From: a virus
DNA length: 64,000 nucleotides
IMG/VR virus record: IMGVR_UViG_3300046004_000518
Location: 46,478-110,477 of that record
Reading direction: 5' to 3' (one strand)
The translations under genes and the position numbers were made by a program. The first letter of the stretch is position 1, and each line of letters opens with the position of its first letter. The notes beneath the pieces were generated by a model. That model saw only the letters and a program-made list of their open reading frames with translations. It had not been told where the DNA came from and did no database searches. This document shows positions 48,150 through 57,674 of this stretch, in pieces.

Positions 48150-49223
48150 ATGACTAATTCAATACACGTATACGTTGACTCCGACGTTAGCGAATATAAT
48201 CTAAGAATGCTCAATGAATCACAAATTATAATCTATAGAAATGTAGAAGAATTTAAATCATTGCCTGCTGGTACTAATAGACATGCATTGTTTCATGCTT
48301 GTTTTCCGTATTATTCGGATGCAGAAAATGCATTCGACGGAGTTATATTACAACTGCTGGATTTCTGTCAGACAATATCAGTTCTTGTATCTGAAGTGCA
48401 TATACCGATTGTTGATTTTATGAATCGCTTTCAACAACCACAGATGCGATATCTTATATGTGGATTTGTTGAAGGAATTACCACATATCCTTGGATGGAT
48501 TGGTTTCAAACTACTAGTGCGTTTTATAAAAATAATACAAACATATTAGATCAATTACACCCGTATGATGTTAAACCTAAACACTTTGATATATTATTAG
48601 GACAGCCCAAACCTCACAGAGATCGAATTTATCATTATATAAAAAATAACAATCTTAAAGACAAAGTAACAATGACCTATCTAGTAGATCATTGGAGTAA
48701 ATCAATTCGAGCTCATGGCACTGATGGTTTTATATTAGACGAGCCCGGATTAATAATTCCGAACGAAGAATTCAATTGGACTGTTACCCGAGTAAGCTAC
48801 TATGGTCGGCCAATGAGTTTAAGTCAGGTTGTACCAATTTCTATATACAATCAAACTGCATACACTGTGATTGCTGAAACTAATCTTGAAAATCATTATA
48901 CGTTTTTTACTGAAAAAACATGTAAACCAATTCTGGCAGAACGATTGTTTATAATGTTAGGCGGGCAATATTATCTACGCAATCTACGAGAACTCGGATT
49001 TAAAACATTTGATGGTATCATAGATGAAAGTTATGATTTGGAGCCAGATAATAATCAACGATGGGCCATGGCAATAGAACAAATGAAATATCTCTTTAAC
49101 CAACCACAAGCCGAAGTATTGGCCAAGGTTAAGCCTGTTGCCCAACACAATAAACAGGTTATGTTAACAACTGAGTGGGTAGATATTATGCGTGGCAATC
49201 TAAGAAAAATTATCACCAAGTAA
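48150..49223 (+). CDS. GT10-like (fucosyltransferase-fold) glycosyltransferase; start revised to MTNSIH
   Basis: VIAET...FFTEKTCKPI...LRELGFKTFDGIIDESYD; TAAATA 4 nt before the ATG. Confidence 0.65.
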   Translation: MTNSIHVYVDSDVSEYNLRMLNESQIIIYRNVEEFKSLPAGTNRHALFHACFPYYSDAENAFDGVILQLLDFCQTISVLVSEVHIPIVDFMNRFQQPQMRYLICGFVEGITTYPWMDWFQTTSAFYKNNTNILDQLHPYDVKPKHFDILLGQPKPHRDRIYHYIKNNNLKDKVTMTYLVDHWSKSIRAHGTDGFILDEPGLIIPNEEFNWTVTRVSYYGRPMSLSQVVPISIYNQTAYTVIAETNLENHYTFFTEKTCKPILAERLFIMLGGQYYLRNLRELGFKTFDGIIDESYDLEPDNNQRWAMAIEQMKYLFNQPQAEVLAKVKPVAQHNKQVMLTTEWVDIMRGNLRKIITK

Positions 49224-49256
49224 ATTAAGTGTAAATAATATTACAAGGAGAACTAC

Positions 49257-49523
49257 ATGATTAATTTTATCAAACAACTTTTTGGCTTTGGCGCACCGCA
49301 AGAAACTGTTAAAGAAATTTTAACACCACCAGCTAAAGCTGAAGTACCAGCTGCTGTTTACATTCCACCAGCTAAACCAACAAGACAACGTGCAGGCACA
49401 GTAGCAGACATTAAATTAGCACCATTACCAGCTAAAACAACTGCACCAGCTAAGAAACGTAAACCATATTATGGTAAAAAGAAATCTGCTGCAAAGACAA
49501 AAACGCCAGTGGCAGTTAAGTAA
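49257..49523 (+). CDS. Small Pro/Ala/Lys-rich protein
   Basis: AAGGAG RBS; TAAATA at 49232-49237. Confidence 0.7.
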   Translation: MINFIKQLFGFGAPQETVKEILTPPAKAEVPAAVYIPPAKPTRQRAGTVADIKLAPLPAKTTAPAKKRKPYYGKKKSAAKTKTPVAVK

Positions 49524-49549
49524 AAAAAAGCACCGAAAGGTGCTTTTTT
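49522..49549. terminator. Bidirectional rho-independent terminator
   Basis: A8-GCACC-GAAA-GGTGC-T6 between convergent genes. Confidence 0.88.
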
Positions 49550-49555
49550 GTGGCT

Positions 49556-50782
49556 TTAATTACGGTTGGGAAAATAATCAGTTAGTACACCAGTCCTACT
49601 TATATCACTGGTAATACAATGTATGCCGGCATCCCAAAAATGACTATGTCTAAACTGTACAATATGCGGAGTTATACCATGACGTTCAAATGCATCAAAT
49701 ATTATTTTATTATAACTTTCACATATTACATTTTTTTCATCTATTACCAACATATTAACATCGAATATAGTTTCTTCTACATAACCAACCCAATGGTTTA
49801 AATATTCTTCTACAAAGTCTACAAAGTCATCATCGATGGGTTGATTTGGAACCCACCATTTTCCACCATTTTTCTGTTTTAATTTCACAAACGGATCAAT
49901 TAACCCTAACTTATTTTCATTAGGCACGTAGACTATTTCCCAGTCAGGGAATAATTTAGTGTAGTCAGATCCTGGTATATCGTAACTACTGATAATTAGA
50001 CCAGGTTTAACGGGACTATAAGTTCCATCAGCATGTCCGGCTGTGTTAATTGCATGCCATCTGTAATCAGGATAATGTTCTCTAATTTTTTCCATCTGTC
50101 GAGTAGTATCATGATTATGATATTCATTACCTACGTAGATATCTTTGCCTATTTGAAACATTGTAGCGGTGTTAAAATTACATAGGTACCAAGGAACATC
50201 AGTGAAAATTTTATTACCATTGGTTAATATATCATCAAATGTAGATCCCCAGATTTTCTTATTCATATCGGTGATATGATATTCACCGGCAGGTCCTGTT
50301 ATTCTAACTCCGGTTAGATTAAATATTTCTTGTTTGATATTTTCTGGCAGAGCTGATAATTGATCTATTGTAATATCAGTAGGCCAATTATTACTTTTTA
50401 TAATATCCCAACTGTTTATTATTGCAGTAAAATCATTAACATTTTTTGTACCTGATCGTTCCTCGGAGTTTAGGAAATAGATTCCATCATCCATGGCAAT
50501 AGTATAATCACGAGGGCATGTTGGTGGTCTTAATATTTTTCCAGTTTTAGCAGAAGTATATTCTTGCCAATTATCGGACAATTCTGGTCGCAATACTTTG
50601 ACTCCAAAGTTCGCTAAACACTTAGCTAAGATCTGATAATCTTCTTCAGTTTCCTCAGCAATAAGTTCTAACATACTGCGGACTTTTGTATTTTTTATAA
50701 ATTTAAAAAATTCAGGCGAATATGATCTACCTAAAATACAAACTTTAAGCGGATCCCATCGTTGATATACATTATAAGTCAT
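49556..50782 (-). CDS. Amidinotransferase (pentein superfamily) #1; start revised to MTYNVYQ
   Basis: WDPL..C, ETEED, CPRD, GHADG, FDVNML, DAGIHCIT. Confidence 0.85.
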   Translation of the reverse strand: MTYNVYQRWDPLKVCILGRSYSPEFFKFIKNTKVRSMLELIAEETEEDYQILAKCLANFGVKVLRPELSDNWQEYTSAKTGKILRPPTCPRDYTIAMDDGIYFLNSEERSGTKNVNDFTAIINSWDIIKSNNWPTDITIDQLSALPENIKQEIFNLTGVRITGPAGEYHITDMNKKIWGSTFDDILTNGNKIFTDVPWYLCNFNTATMFQIGKDIYVGNEYHNHDTTRQMEKIREHYPDYRWHAINTAGHADGTYSPVKPGLIISSYDIPGSDYTKLFPDWEIVYVPNENKLGLIDPFVKLKQKNGGKWWVPNQPIDDDFVDFVEEYLNHWVGYVEETIFDVNMLVIDEKNVICESYNKIIFDAFERHGITPHIVQFRHSHFWDAGIHCITSDISRTGVLTDYFPNRN

Positions 50783-51104
50783 CTGGCCAATCTCTATAAT
50801 ATGCATGTTGTATATTACCCGATACAAACTGATTAAAGCTCTTGTGCTTGTCTTCTAATTCGCCTTTCAACGGTGCCACACGTTTAAATGCATTTTCTAA
50901 CTGTGTCATATCTGTAAATTCTATCATAATATGCCACTCAGGTAAATCTTGTATGCTACGGAATCCCATCTTACAACGTGTAACTCTGTAGCTGACTGCT
51001 TTGTTCTCATCAACTAAATGTTGAAGAAAGCCCTTCATATTGTTGACCCAATCTAAATCGCTGATGTCATCTGATTTGTCAGCCCAAATATGATAAATGT
51101 CCAT
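50772..51104 (-). CDS. Small alpha+beta (probable dimeric barrel/ferredoxin-like) protein; start revised to MDIYHIW
   Basis: RCKMGF...PEWHIMIEF...QLENAF...YRDWPD; fold guessed from pattern. Confidence 0.55.
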   Translation of the reverse strand: MDIYHIWADKSDDISDLDWVNNMKGFLQHLVDENKAVSYRVTRCKMGFRSIQDLPEWHIMIEFTDMTQLENAFKRVAPLKGELEDKHKSFNQFVSGNIQHAYYRDWPDDL

Positions 51105-51105
51105 G

Positions 51106-52281
51106 TTAACCCCTTTCTGGAAAATAATCTTGCATGGTGCCTTTACGGCTAATATCGCTAGTGATACAATGTAGTCCACCATCCCAGAAATATCTATGAC
51201 GGAAATTTACAATATGTGGAGTAATACCATGGCGATCAAATGCATCGAATACCTGCTTGTTGTAATTGTTACACACTACATTCTTTTCATCAATGACCAA
51301 CATATTGACATCGAATACAGTTTCTTCTACATAGCCAACCCAATGCGACATCCATTGCTCGACGTAGTTAGTAAAATCATCATTAAGTTCTTCTCCAGGA
51401 ACCCACCATTTGCCCATGTTTTTTCTTTTAAGATCTAAGAATGGCGCTACTGCTTCCCAGCTTTGTCCGGGCAAATACACAACTTCCCAGTCTGGAAAGG
51501 TTTTAGCATACGTAGGAATATCATTTAGACTAACTATCAATCCCGGTTTAACTGGGCAAAAGGTACCATCGTTATGTCCACCAGTGTCTACACTGTGCCA
51601 TCTATATTGTGGTTTGTTTAGATTGAGCCATTTGATTTTTTCGGATATATCCTGCTTATAATGCTGTGTACCTGCGTAGATGTCTCGACCGACACGAGTG
51701 TAAGTTGCTGCATTTAAATCTCCAGCAAAATACATACTTTCTTTAGAACTTATATCTCCCCGTTGATCTTTTGTTCGATCTAATAGAGTTTTCCAGGTAA
51801 AATTAATATCAGTTAATTCACTGTCGGCTTTGATTGCTAGTAATTCATCGAAAACCCAGTCTGGTAATTCAGCTACTTCTTCGATGGTAGTGGGACAGTT
51901 AGGTGGCCAATCAGCTCCTTTGAGCTGATCCCAGGTAGCTTGACCTGCATCAAATGTTGCTCGTTGTGCATAGTTAAAATAGAATTGGTCACCTAACATC
52001 AATGAATAATCCCTGGGAGTCATAGGCGGTGGCTTTATTGAACCGCCTTGATTTAAATAAAATTCATAATCATCACTAACCTCAGGACGAATTACTTCAA
52101 CCTTGAATGATTCTAATAATTTAATCAATGATTGAAAATCTTCTTCTGTTTCTTCTGCTATTTTTTCAAATACAGCTCGAACTTTATTATTTTTAATATA
52201 AGAATAAAATTGTGGACTGTAGCCTCGTCCGACTACACACACTTCCAACGGATCCCAGTGTTGATAAACAGAATATGTCAT
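51106..52281 (-). CDS. Amidinotransferase #2 (close paralog of #1)
   Basis: WDPLEVC, ETEED, TPRD, GHNDG, FDVNML, DGGLHCIT. Confidence 0.88.
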   Translation of the reverse strand: MTYSVYQHWDPLEVCVVGRGYSPQFYSYIKNNKVRAVFEKIAEETEEDFQSLIKLLESFKVEVIRPEVSDDYEFYLNQGGSIKPPPMTPRDYSLMLGDQFYFNYAQRATFDAGQATWDQLKGADWPPNCPTTIEEVAELPDWVFDELLAIKADSELTDINFTWKTLLDRTKDQRGDISSKESMYFAGDLNAATYTRVGRDIYAGTQHYKQDISEKIKWLNLNKPQYRWHSVDTGGHNDGTFCPVKPGLIVSLNDIPTYAKTFPDWEVVYLPGQSWEAVAPFLDLKRKNMGKWWVPGEELNDDFTNYVEQWMSHWVGYVEETVFDVNMLVIDEKNVVCNNYNKQVFDAFDRHGITPHIVNFRHRYFWDGGLHCITSDISRKGTMQDYFPERG

Positions 52282-52706
52282 TATAATTTTCCTAGTAGTT
52301 CAAATCCATCTAATTGATTTTTATATTCATCTGCTAATCCCAGATACAAATATTCAAATCCACGTGCTTTATATATAGCACATTCATTTTTTAAACTTTC
52401 TATTCCTAATCTAAGTTTTGGATTCTGATAGTCCCACGCAAACTGCAATGCTTCGGCACTATACTTGTCATATGTCCTAACTAAACTAAATGCAACTAAA
52501 TCATTATTATCATAATATCCAATAACATCAGTGTGCTCATCATGATATTGTATATCGAATATTGGCATCACACTCGTGAACTGTTTGTATTCACAATATA
52601 ATTTATAAATTTGATTTAATTTATTGATGTCAAATTGATGCAGATATTGATAATTGTTCAAAGGCCGGTAATCGGTCTTGCTTAGATCAATTCTACAGTA
52701 TTTCAT
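52281..52706 (-). CDS. GNAT-like protein resembling the C-terminal domain of aminoacyl-tRNA-protein transferases (ATE1/Bpt)
   Basis: YDNNDLVAFS...FAWDY..PKLRLG..SL..E...K.RGFEYLYLG. Confidence 0.6.
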   Translation of the reverse strand: MKYCRIDLSKTDYRPLNNYQYLHQFDINKLNQIYKLYCEYKQFTSVMPIFDIQYHDEHTDVIGYYDNNDLVAFSLVRTYDKYSAEALQFAWDYQNPKLRLGIESLKNECAIYKARGFEYLYLGLADEYKNQLDGFELLGKL

Positions 52707-53204
52707 TTAACTATTATAACGCCATGTAACTACTTCGTCAAGTTCTGATTGACTCCAAGAGTCATAATAACCTGCGGCGCGAAGTTTGTCAGCCGCTTCG
52801 TTTAGCTTACTTAACCGTTGGATAACATATAATCCACACTGCCCAAAATTCATTTTAATACGGTTGACGTGTTCAACTAAGTCTGGATGATCTTCAAGGA
52901 TAACATAATCGTGTTCCATTAACTCATCATTTAGTGTGGCAGTTAAATTTTGGCAGTCTATGCCTGATATTAGTGTATGGTCAAAACAAATAACAACTAC
53001 TTCATACTCACCAAGTAATGGCAAAATACGATTAACATTATAAGTAAGTTCGGGAATAGTACTGTCTGTTATATATATCTTGTTATTTAATCGTGCGGCT
53101 TGTGCATAAGGACACGGCGCCCAAGTACCCAATGCTGGATTCGGTTTCTCAACAAACGTTTTCATCCATTCGATTAGTTGAGTTTTAATTATCTCGAAAT
53201 TCAT
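52707..53204 (-). CDS. DUF1415-like hypothetical protein
   Basis: W...FVE.PN...PCPYA; DHP; IQR motifs. Confidence 0.5.
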   Translation of the reverse strand: MNFEIIKTQLIEWMKTFVEKPNPALGTWAPCPYAQAARLNNKIYITDSTIPELTYNVNRILPLLGEYEVVVICFDHTLISGIDCQNLTATLNDELMEHDYVILEDHPDLVEHVNRIKMNFGQCGLYVIQRLSKLNEAADKLRAAGYYDSWSQSELDEVVTWRYNS

Positions 53205-54253
53205 TAGTCAATAATGCCAAAGTTTGCCCAACGTGCGCCACCTATGCATACCCATCCTATAGGCCCACCCGGTGAAGGCAATTCATTATAAACAATCTGT
53301 GCTAGTTCACCTGCATAGTTTGGAACTGTGGCCGATGATGTCATTGCCACACGACCCACAACTAAATTTTCTACATGTACATTACCTTCAGTATCGAGTA
53401 CAATATTTTCTTTATTGTTACTACCGAGTATCAACGGTTGTTTACGTGCTGTGCCAATGTATCCAGTATCCTGTTTACGTTTGGCTACGACTAATTCAAC
53501 TTCTTCATCCCAAACTGCCAACGCACTGCTTGGCTCCATGGTGTTAACACCAACTCTACGTTGTGTGACATAAAGTGTTTCACTTAATAAATTCTCGCCC
53601 GATGTTTGTAAGTCTTTAACCACACCTACACGTTGTAGATTACTATCAACAATATGATATCCTAGTTGCGATCCTTTAACAATTTCTTTACCACCTTGTG
53701 TGATGCGATCTAAATCAATGCCGGTTTCCTGCATCTTAGCAAATACAATATCACTGAATCCAGTAAACAATTGTGCATCAAGTTTATCAACAACTGCGGC
53801 ACTGGCGGCAGAAACAAACTGTGCAAATCCCGGGCTTGCTTCTGACACAGTGCCATTGAGATTCAGTGCACCATCAATTGTTAAATCGCCTTTGATTTCT
53901 GCGCTAGGTGCAAATACAGAATTTTCAAATGCCACAGCATGATCCATAAGTGTCATCTGTACAAAACTGGCTCGATCTTCAATGCCAGTACTGCCGAAGT
54001 TTTGTACAATACCGCTGTTGATATTATCGCCGGATAGACTAAATCCTCGAAAATTTACAGCAGTGTGTGGTATACTTTGTTCTGGGAAACTATGTAATTT
54101 AATTATCTCAGCTATTTTAGATTTGACAATTTCATTTACTATTAGGTTGAGATCAATAGTGGCTAATTGTTTTTTTAGTTCTTGCTCGATTGTTGCGTTG
54201 AGGTTGCCTAATAAGCCGGCGACGACAGGCTGTAATTGTTGATTGATATCCAT
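53204..54253 (-). CDS. Hypothetical protein with fibre-like beta repeats (possible virion component)
   Basis: N-terminal helix; SNLQRVG..L; RVGVNT; IGWVC..W..FG C-terminus. Confidence 0.55.
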   Translation of the reverse strand: MDINQQLQPVVAGLLGNLNATIEQELKKQLATIDLNLIVNEIVKSKIAEIIKLHSFPEQSIPHTAVNFRGFSLSGDNINSGIVQNFGSTGIEDRASFVQMTLMDHAVAFENSVFAPSAEIKGDLTIDGALNLNGTVSEASPGFAQFVSAASAAVVDKLDAQLFTGFSDIVFAKMQETGIDLDRITQGGKEIVKGSQLGYHIVDSNLQRVGVVKDLQTSGENLLSETLYVTQRRVGVNTMEPSSALAVWDEEVELVVAKRKQDTGYIGTARKQPLILGSNNKENIVLDTEGNVHVENLVVGRVAMTSSATVPNYAGELAQIVYNELPSPGGPIGWVCIGGARWANFGIID

Positions 54254-54271
54254 ATGCTCACTCGAAAAACT

Positions 54272-55003
54272 TTAAATTGAAATTGATATTACATGCTCAT
54301 AGTTTCTACGTATAAGACTTTTGTACATTAAATCCTTGTGTACATAAAACTGTTTAGCACCAGCATCGATACTAAACTTTGCTAACTGTTTAAAAAACAT
54401 TGCGCGACGACTAAACGGACCATACGATTTTGTATTACTATCCTGCATTTCATATACCGTTGTTGCCCATGCATTTTTATCTGAATATTCATACTTGTGA
54501 TATTCTAAAAATACCAAACTATCACTGTGATTATAAACTGCCTGTGGTTGACTAAACTCACGGTCTTTAAAGTTCTGATTTTTATAATCACGTAATGTCG
54601 TAACTATTAAATCCTTAGCTAAACTGGCAATTATTTCCACACTAGTCTGTTGCTCTTGCTCTGTGTTGGCAAATGTGAAATATTCATCACCTGCTACTAC
54701 CCACGAGAATTGTTTCTTATATCCCGGTAAATCTTTTACATCTATATATGTGTATTTAATGTCGCTAGCGTCGAGGTAATTTTTTGTTTCGTCGGTTATG
54801 TTAGTAACAAATATTTGTTTATAAGTAACACCCAACATCAATGGGCTAAAACCGACAAATAAGATACTTGTTGGGTTAGATTTGTAGTGATGAGCAATGC
54901 CAGTTAGTATCTCTTGCTTTTTATTAATTGCATCTTGACTTTTAAGATTAAATTGCAAAGCATTAAGTGATGCTTGTGTGTACGTCGCGAAGCTATGCGG
55001 CAT
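54272..55003 (-). CDS. Degenerate Rossmann methyltransferase-like protein
   Basis: SILFVG, F.WVVAGDEYFTF, TTLRDY resemble class I MTase strands, but the Gly-rich motif is absent; TAAATA at 55024-55029. Confidence 0.4.
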   Translation of the reverse strand: MPHSFATYTQASLNALQFNLKSQDAINKKQEILTGIAHHYKSNPTSILFVGFSPLMLGVTYKQIFVTNITDETKNYLDASDIKYTYIDVKDLPGYKKQFSWVVAGDEYFTFANTEQEQQTSVEIIASLAKDLIVTTLRDYKNQNFKDREFSQPQAVYNHSDSLVFLEYHKYEYSDKNAWATTVYEMQDSNTKSYGPFSRRAMFFKQLAKFSIDAGAKQFYVHKDLMYKSLIRRNYEHVISISI

Positions 55004-55030
55004 TGTAATTCCCCTGTTACAAATATTTAG

Positions 55031-55945
55031 TTATTCTCTAACTAAATCAAGGGTTACGCAGTGGAAGCCACCGCCAAGTGTCCTGCTATGACGTAGTTGC
55101 ATTGGAATAGTCGTAAAACCTGCCTTCTCTAAGTCTTCTATAAGTCTATATTGTGCCCGATCGACAATTACTGTATTAGGATCTATACTCAACATGTTTA
55201 AGCCAATCCATTTACTTGCGTATGGATATTCATGAAAACCTTGTGCTTCAACGTCATTAACCCATAGTTTAGTCCAACCATCAAAGGCTCGAGGGCAGGT
55301 ATCGGGAGTTACTCTGCTGGCATTAAGTACAACAAAGCCTTCTCGTAACGGAACAATGGTGCTGTCGATATGCACACCATTAAACAATTTACATGATTCG
55401 ATAGTGATATGCGGTAATTTTTTACGTAGCCAATCTAATGCCAATTGATTGCCACTGTCGCTTAATAGATATAACCAAGTGTTACCAAGTCTGCATACAT
55501 TGGCCGCATCCATTACCATACCTTGATTGCGTGGCATTGGCATTACTGTGTTGGCAGACCTTAGCACAAAATCTAATGCTTCAATTTCTTGATCACGGCA
55601 AGGATACATCATTGCAGGATCTATAACACAACCATCAGCAATTAATAATCTATCACGTGGGCAATAATTATACATGCCCCCACGTTCAACAAAATTCATT
55701 TCGTGTGGGCGAAATACTTCTATACCTAATTTAGTTAATACAGTAGCAAGCTCATCTAAATCTTCATTTGACTCGTCAACAATCCATTGCGGTACAGGAC
55801 CGCTTGGTACTGGTGTTTCCTTCCATAATGTTTTTAAATGCTCTTGTGAGAATACAGGATCATTACTAGGCCAATTTGCGTAGGTAGCTGATCCCACTAC
55901 AATACTTTTTAATTTGCCCCATTCATTACTTGTGCTTATTTTCAT
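55031..55945 (-). CDS. Amidinotransferase #3 (StrB1/glycine amidinotransferase-like)
   Basis: NEWGKLKSIVVG, EDLD, YCPRD, DAAN, SGN, HIDST, GGGFHCVTLD. Confidence 0.92.
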   Translation of the reverse strand: MKISTSNEWGKLKSIVVGSATYANWPSNDPVFSQEHLKTLWKETPVPSGPVPQWIVDESNEDLDELATVLTKLGIEVFRPHEMNFVERGGMYNYCPRDRLLIADGCVIDPAMMYPCRDQEIEALDFVLRSANTVMPMPRNQGMVMDAANVCRLGNTWLYLLSDSGNQLALDWLRKKLPHITIESCKLFNGVHIDSTIVPLREGFVVLNASRVTPDTCPRAFDGWTKLWVNDVEAQGFHEYPYASKWIGLNMLSIDPNTVIVDRAQYRLIEDLEKAGFTTIPMQLRHSRTLGGGFHCVTLDLVRE

Positions 55946-56447
55946 CTATATGTCCTGTTATCTGCAATGTATATCTTGGAGTCAGTCCCATGTTTGCCGC
56001 AAGGTGCAGACGATCGTATTGCCAAATTACAACATCGCCTGCTGACCAATTAACAATTGGTGTGTTATCTAATTCCAAATAATGTCCGCTGGCCCATGCT
56101 TCTAAAAATACCACAGCACGAAATATAGTGTGCTCTTGTCCTTTGAGATCGAACAACTCTATATATCTTTTATAGGTATCTCGATGAGCAGGTAATACTG
56201 TTCCACTGCTCATACGATAATAACTAGTGCCAACATCAGACCAGCCGAGTTTATTAAAGTATTTAACAAACATCGGGTTCCAAACTGGTTGTGGTCTACG
56301 CATATCACACATAGCGCCAGTGAACTTGCCTGGATAACCCTGTTCTATCCATGTGGCTGTATCATTAGGATTGTTAAATGCTTCTACAGCATAGTCAAGT
56401 TGTTTAAAACTATCATCCCAAAATGGTTGAATATTAAACTTGTCCAC
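55926..56447 (-). CDS. 2OG-Fe(II) oxygenase / cupin
   Basis: PAHRD (HxD), distal H in HLAAN, R in RYTLQITG. Confidence 0.8.
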   Translation of the reverse strand: MDKFNIQPFWDDSFKQLDYAVEAFNNPNDTATWIEQGYPGKFTGAMCDMRRPQPVWNPMFVKYFNKLGWSDVGTSYYRMSSGTVLPAHRDTYKRYIELFDLKGQEHTIFRAVVFLEAWASGHYLELDNTPIVNWSAGDVVIWQYDRLHLAANMGLTPRYTLQITGHIDENKHK

Positions 56448-57672
56448 GAGTATTTCCGTAATGGATTACCTTGTAATTAGTGCTGTTAAATTTGCGCCAT
56501 GGATCTAATATAATACTTTGACTACCAGGAGTAAAGTATAATTGTTGTTCTGGCAATTCACCGGTGTAGCCATAGGTAATCTGGCGATTGTGTGCTAATA
56601 ATACCACAGCATCTTGTCCATCAGCAACCGTGTCACCAGTTAATGGGTCACTGTAACTAAATTCTACACCTAAGTCTGTTAAGTAGTGCCCTATTAATAA
56701 ACTGTAGCTACCATCTAACATATCCACATCGGGCTTATAAGCCTTGCCATGAATAACCACAGGCAAGTTGTGTTCATCTGCTAGGTCAGTTAAGTATACC
56801 GCAAGATTTTCTGCTTGCTTTTCTCTGGCGTGCATGACTGTGTCAAAGATATCGTAGCCTAGGTCTAGATTCTCAGCTAGCCAACGTAGGGCAATGTTAT
56901 CACGTGGGTGACAAGGACCAGCATCGCCCATGCCTGCCGTCATATACTTGGTACTGATAATACGCATAGTCGATGCGCATAGTGCGCCAGTTACAACATC
57001 AACATCGATATTGCCCGATTTCATAGCAACGTCTTGTATCATGTTTACCAGACCAACTTTAGTTGAAATAAAAGTATTATAGAAAATCTTAATTGCTTCT
57101 GCTTCATCCCACGTACCAACAGCAATATGCGGATTGTTCTGCATCAATGGTGCGTAAAAGTCCGTAAGCAACTTAGCATCACCTGTTACACTTCCATCTT
57201 CTGTACCAATAATAATCATATCTGGATTTACCATATCCCAAGCCACACTGCCCATAGCAATTAAATATGGGTTATAGATAAAACGTGCGTTGGTAATATG
57301 CTTGCGTAGTTCTCTACGTGTGGTACCCGGTAATACTGTACTGATTAATACTACAAGCTGGTCTTGTGTTACATATTGATTAATATCTGCTAGGACCTGA
57401 TTTACAATAGTGTAATCAAAGTCTTTGTTAGCCAGGTGGGTAATAGGTTGACTACCATCATAGATTGGATCATGTGGTGTTTGTACTGCTACAAAGATAA
57501 CATCTTTGCCACGCACTGCTCCTTCTAATGTATCAGATATTGTTATCTTGCTACTAGTCCGTGGGTAAATATCATAGCCAGTGACAGCATATGATTGTGC
57601 CATTACTTCTGCACATGCTAGGCCTAGTTTACCGATTCCAACGAATCCTACTGTTTTTAATTGAGACGACAT
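56434..57672 (-). CDS. ugd: UDP-glucose/GDP-mannose 6-dehydrogenase family protein
   Basis: GIGKLG, AVQTP, STVLPGT, YNP, IKIFYN, GPCHPRD, AYKP. Confidence 0.9.
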   Translation of the reverse strand: MSSQLKTVGFVGIGKLGLACAEVMAQSYAVTGYDIYPRTSSKITISDTLEGAVRGKDVIFVAVQTPHDPIYDGSQPITHLANKDFDYTIVNQVLADINQYVTQDQLVVLISTVLPGTTRRELRKHITNARFIYNPYLIAMGSVAWDMVNPDMIIIGTEDGSVTGDAKLLTDFYAPLMQNNPHIAVGTWDEAEAIKIFYNTFISTKVGLVNMIQDVAMKSGNIDVDVVTGALCASTMRIISTKYMTAGMGDAGPCHPRDNIALRWLAENLDLGYDIFDTVMHAREKQAENLAVYLTDLADEHNLPVVIHGKAYKPDVDMLDGSYSLLIGHYLTDLGVEFSYSDPLTGDTVADGQDAVVLLAHNRQITYGYTGELPEQQLYFTPGSQSIILDPWRKFNSTNYKVIHYGNTRGQV

Positions 57673-57674
57673 TA

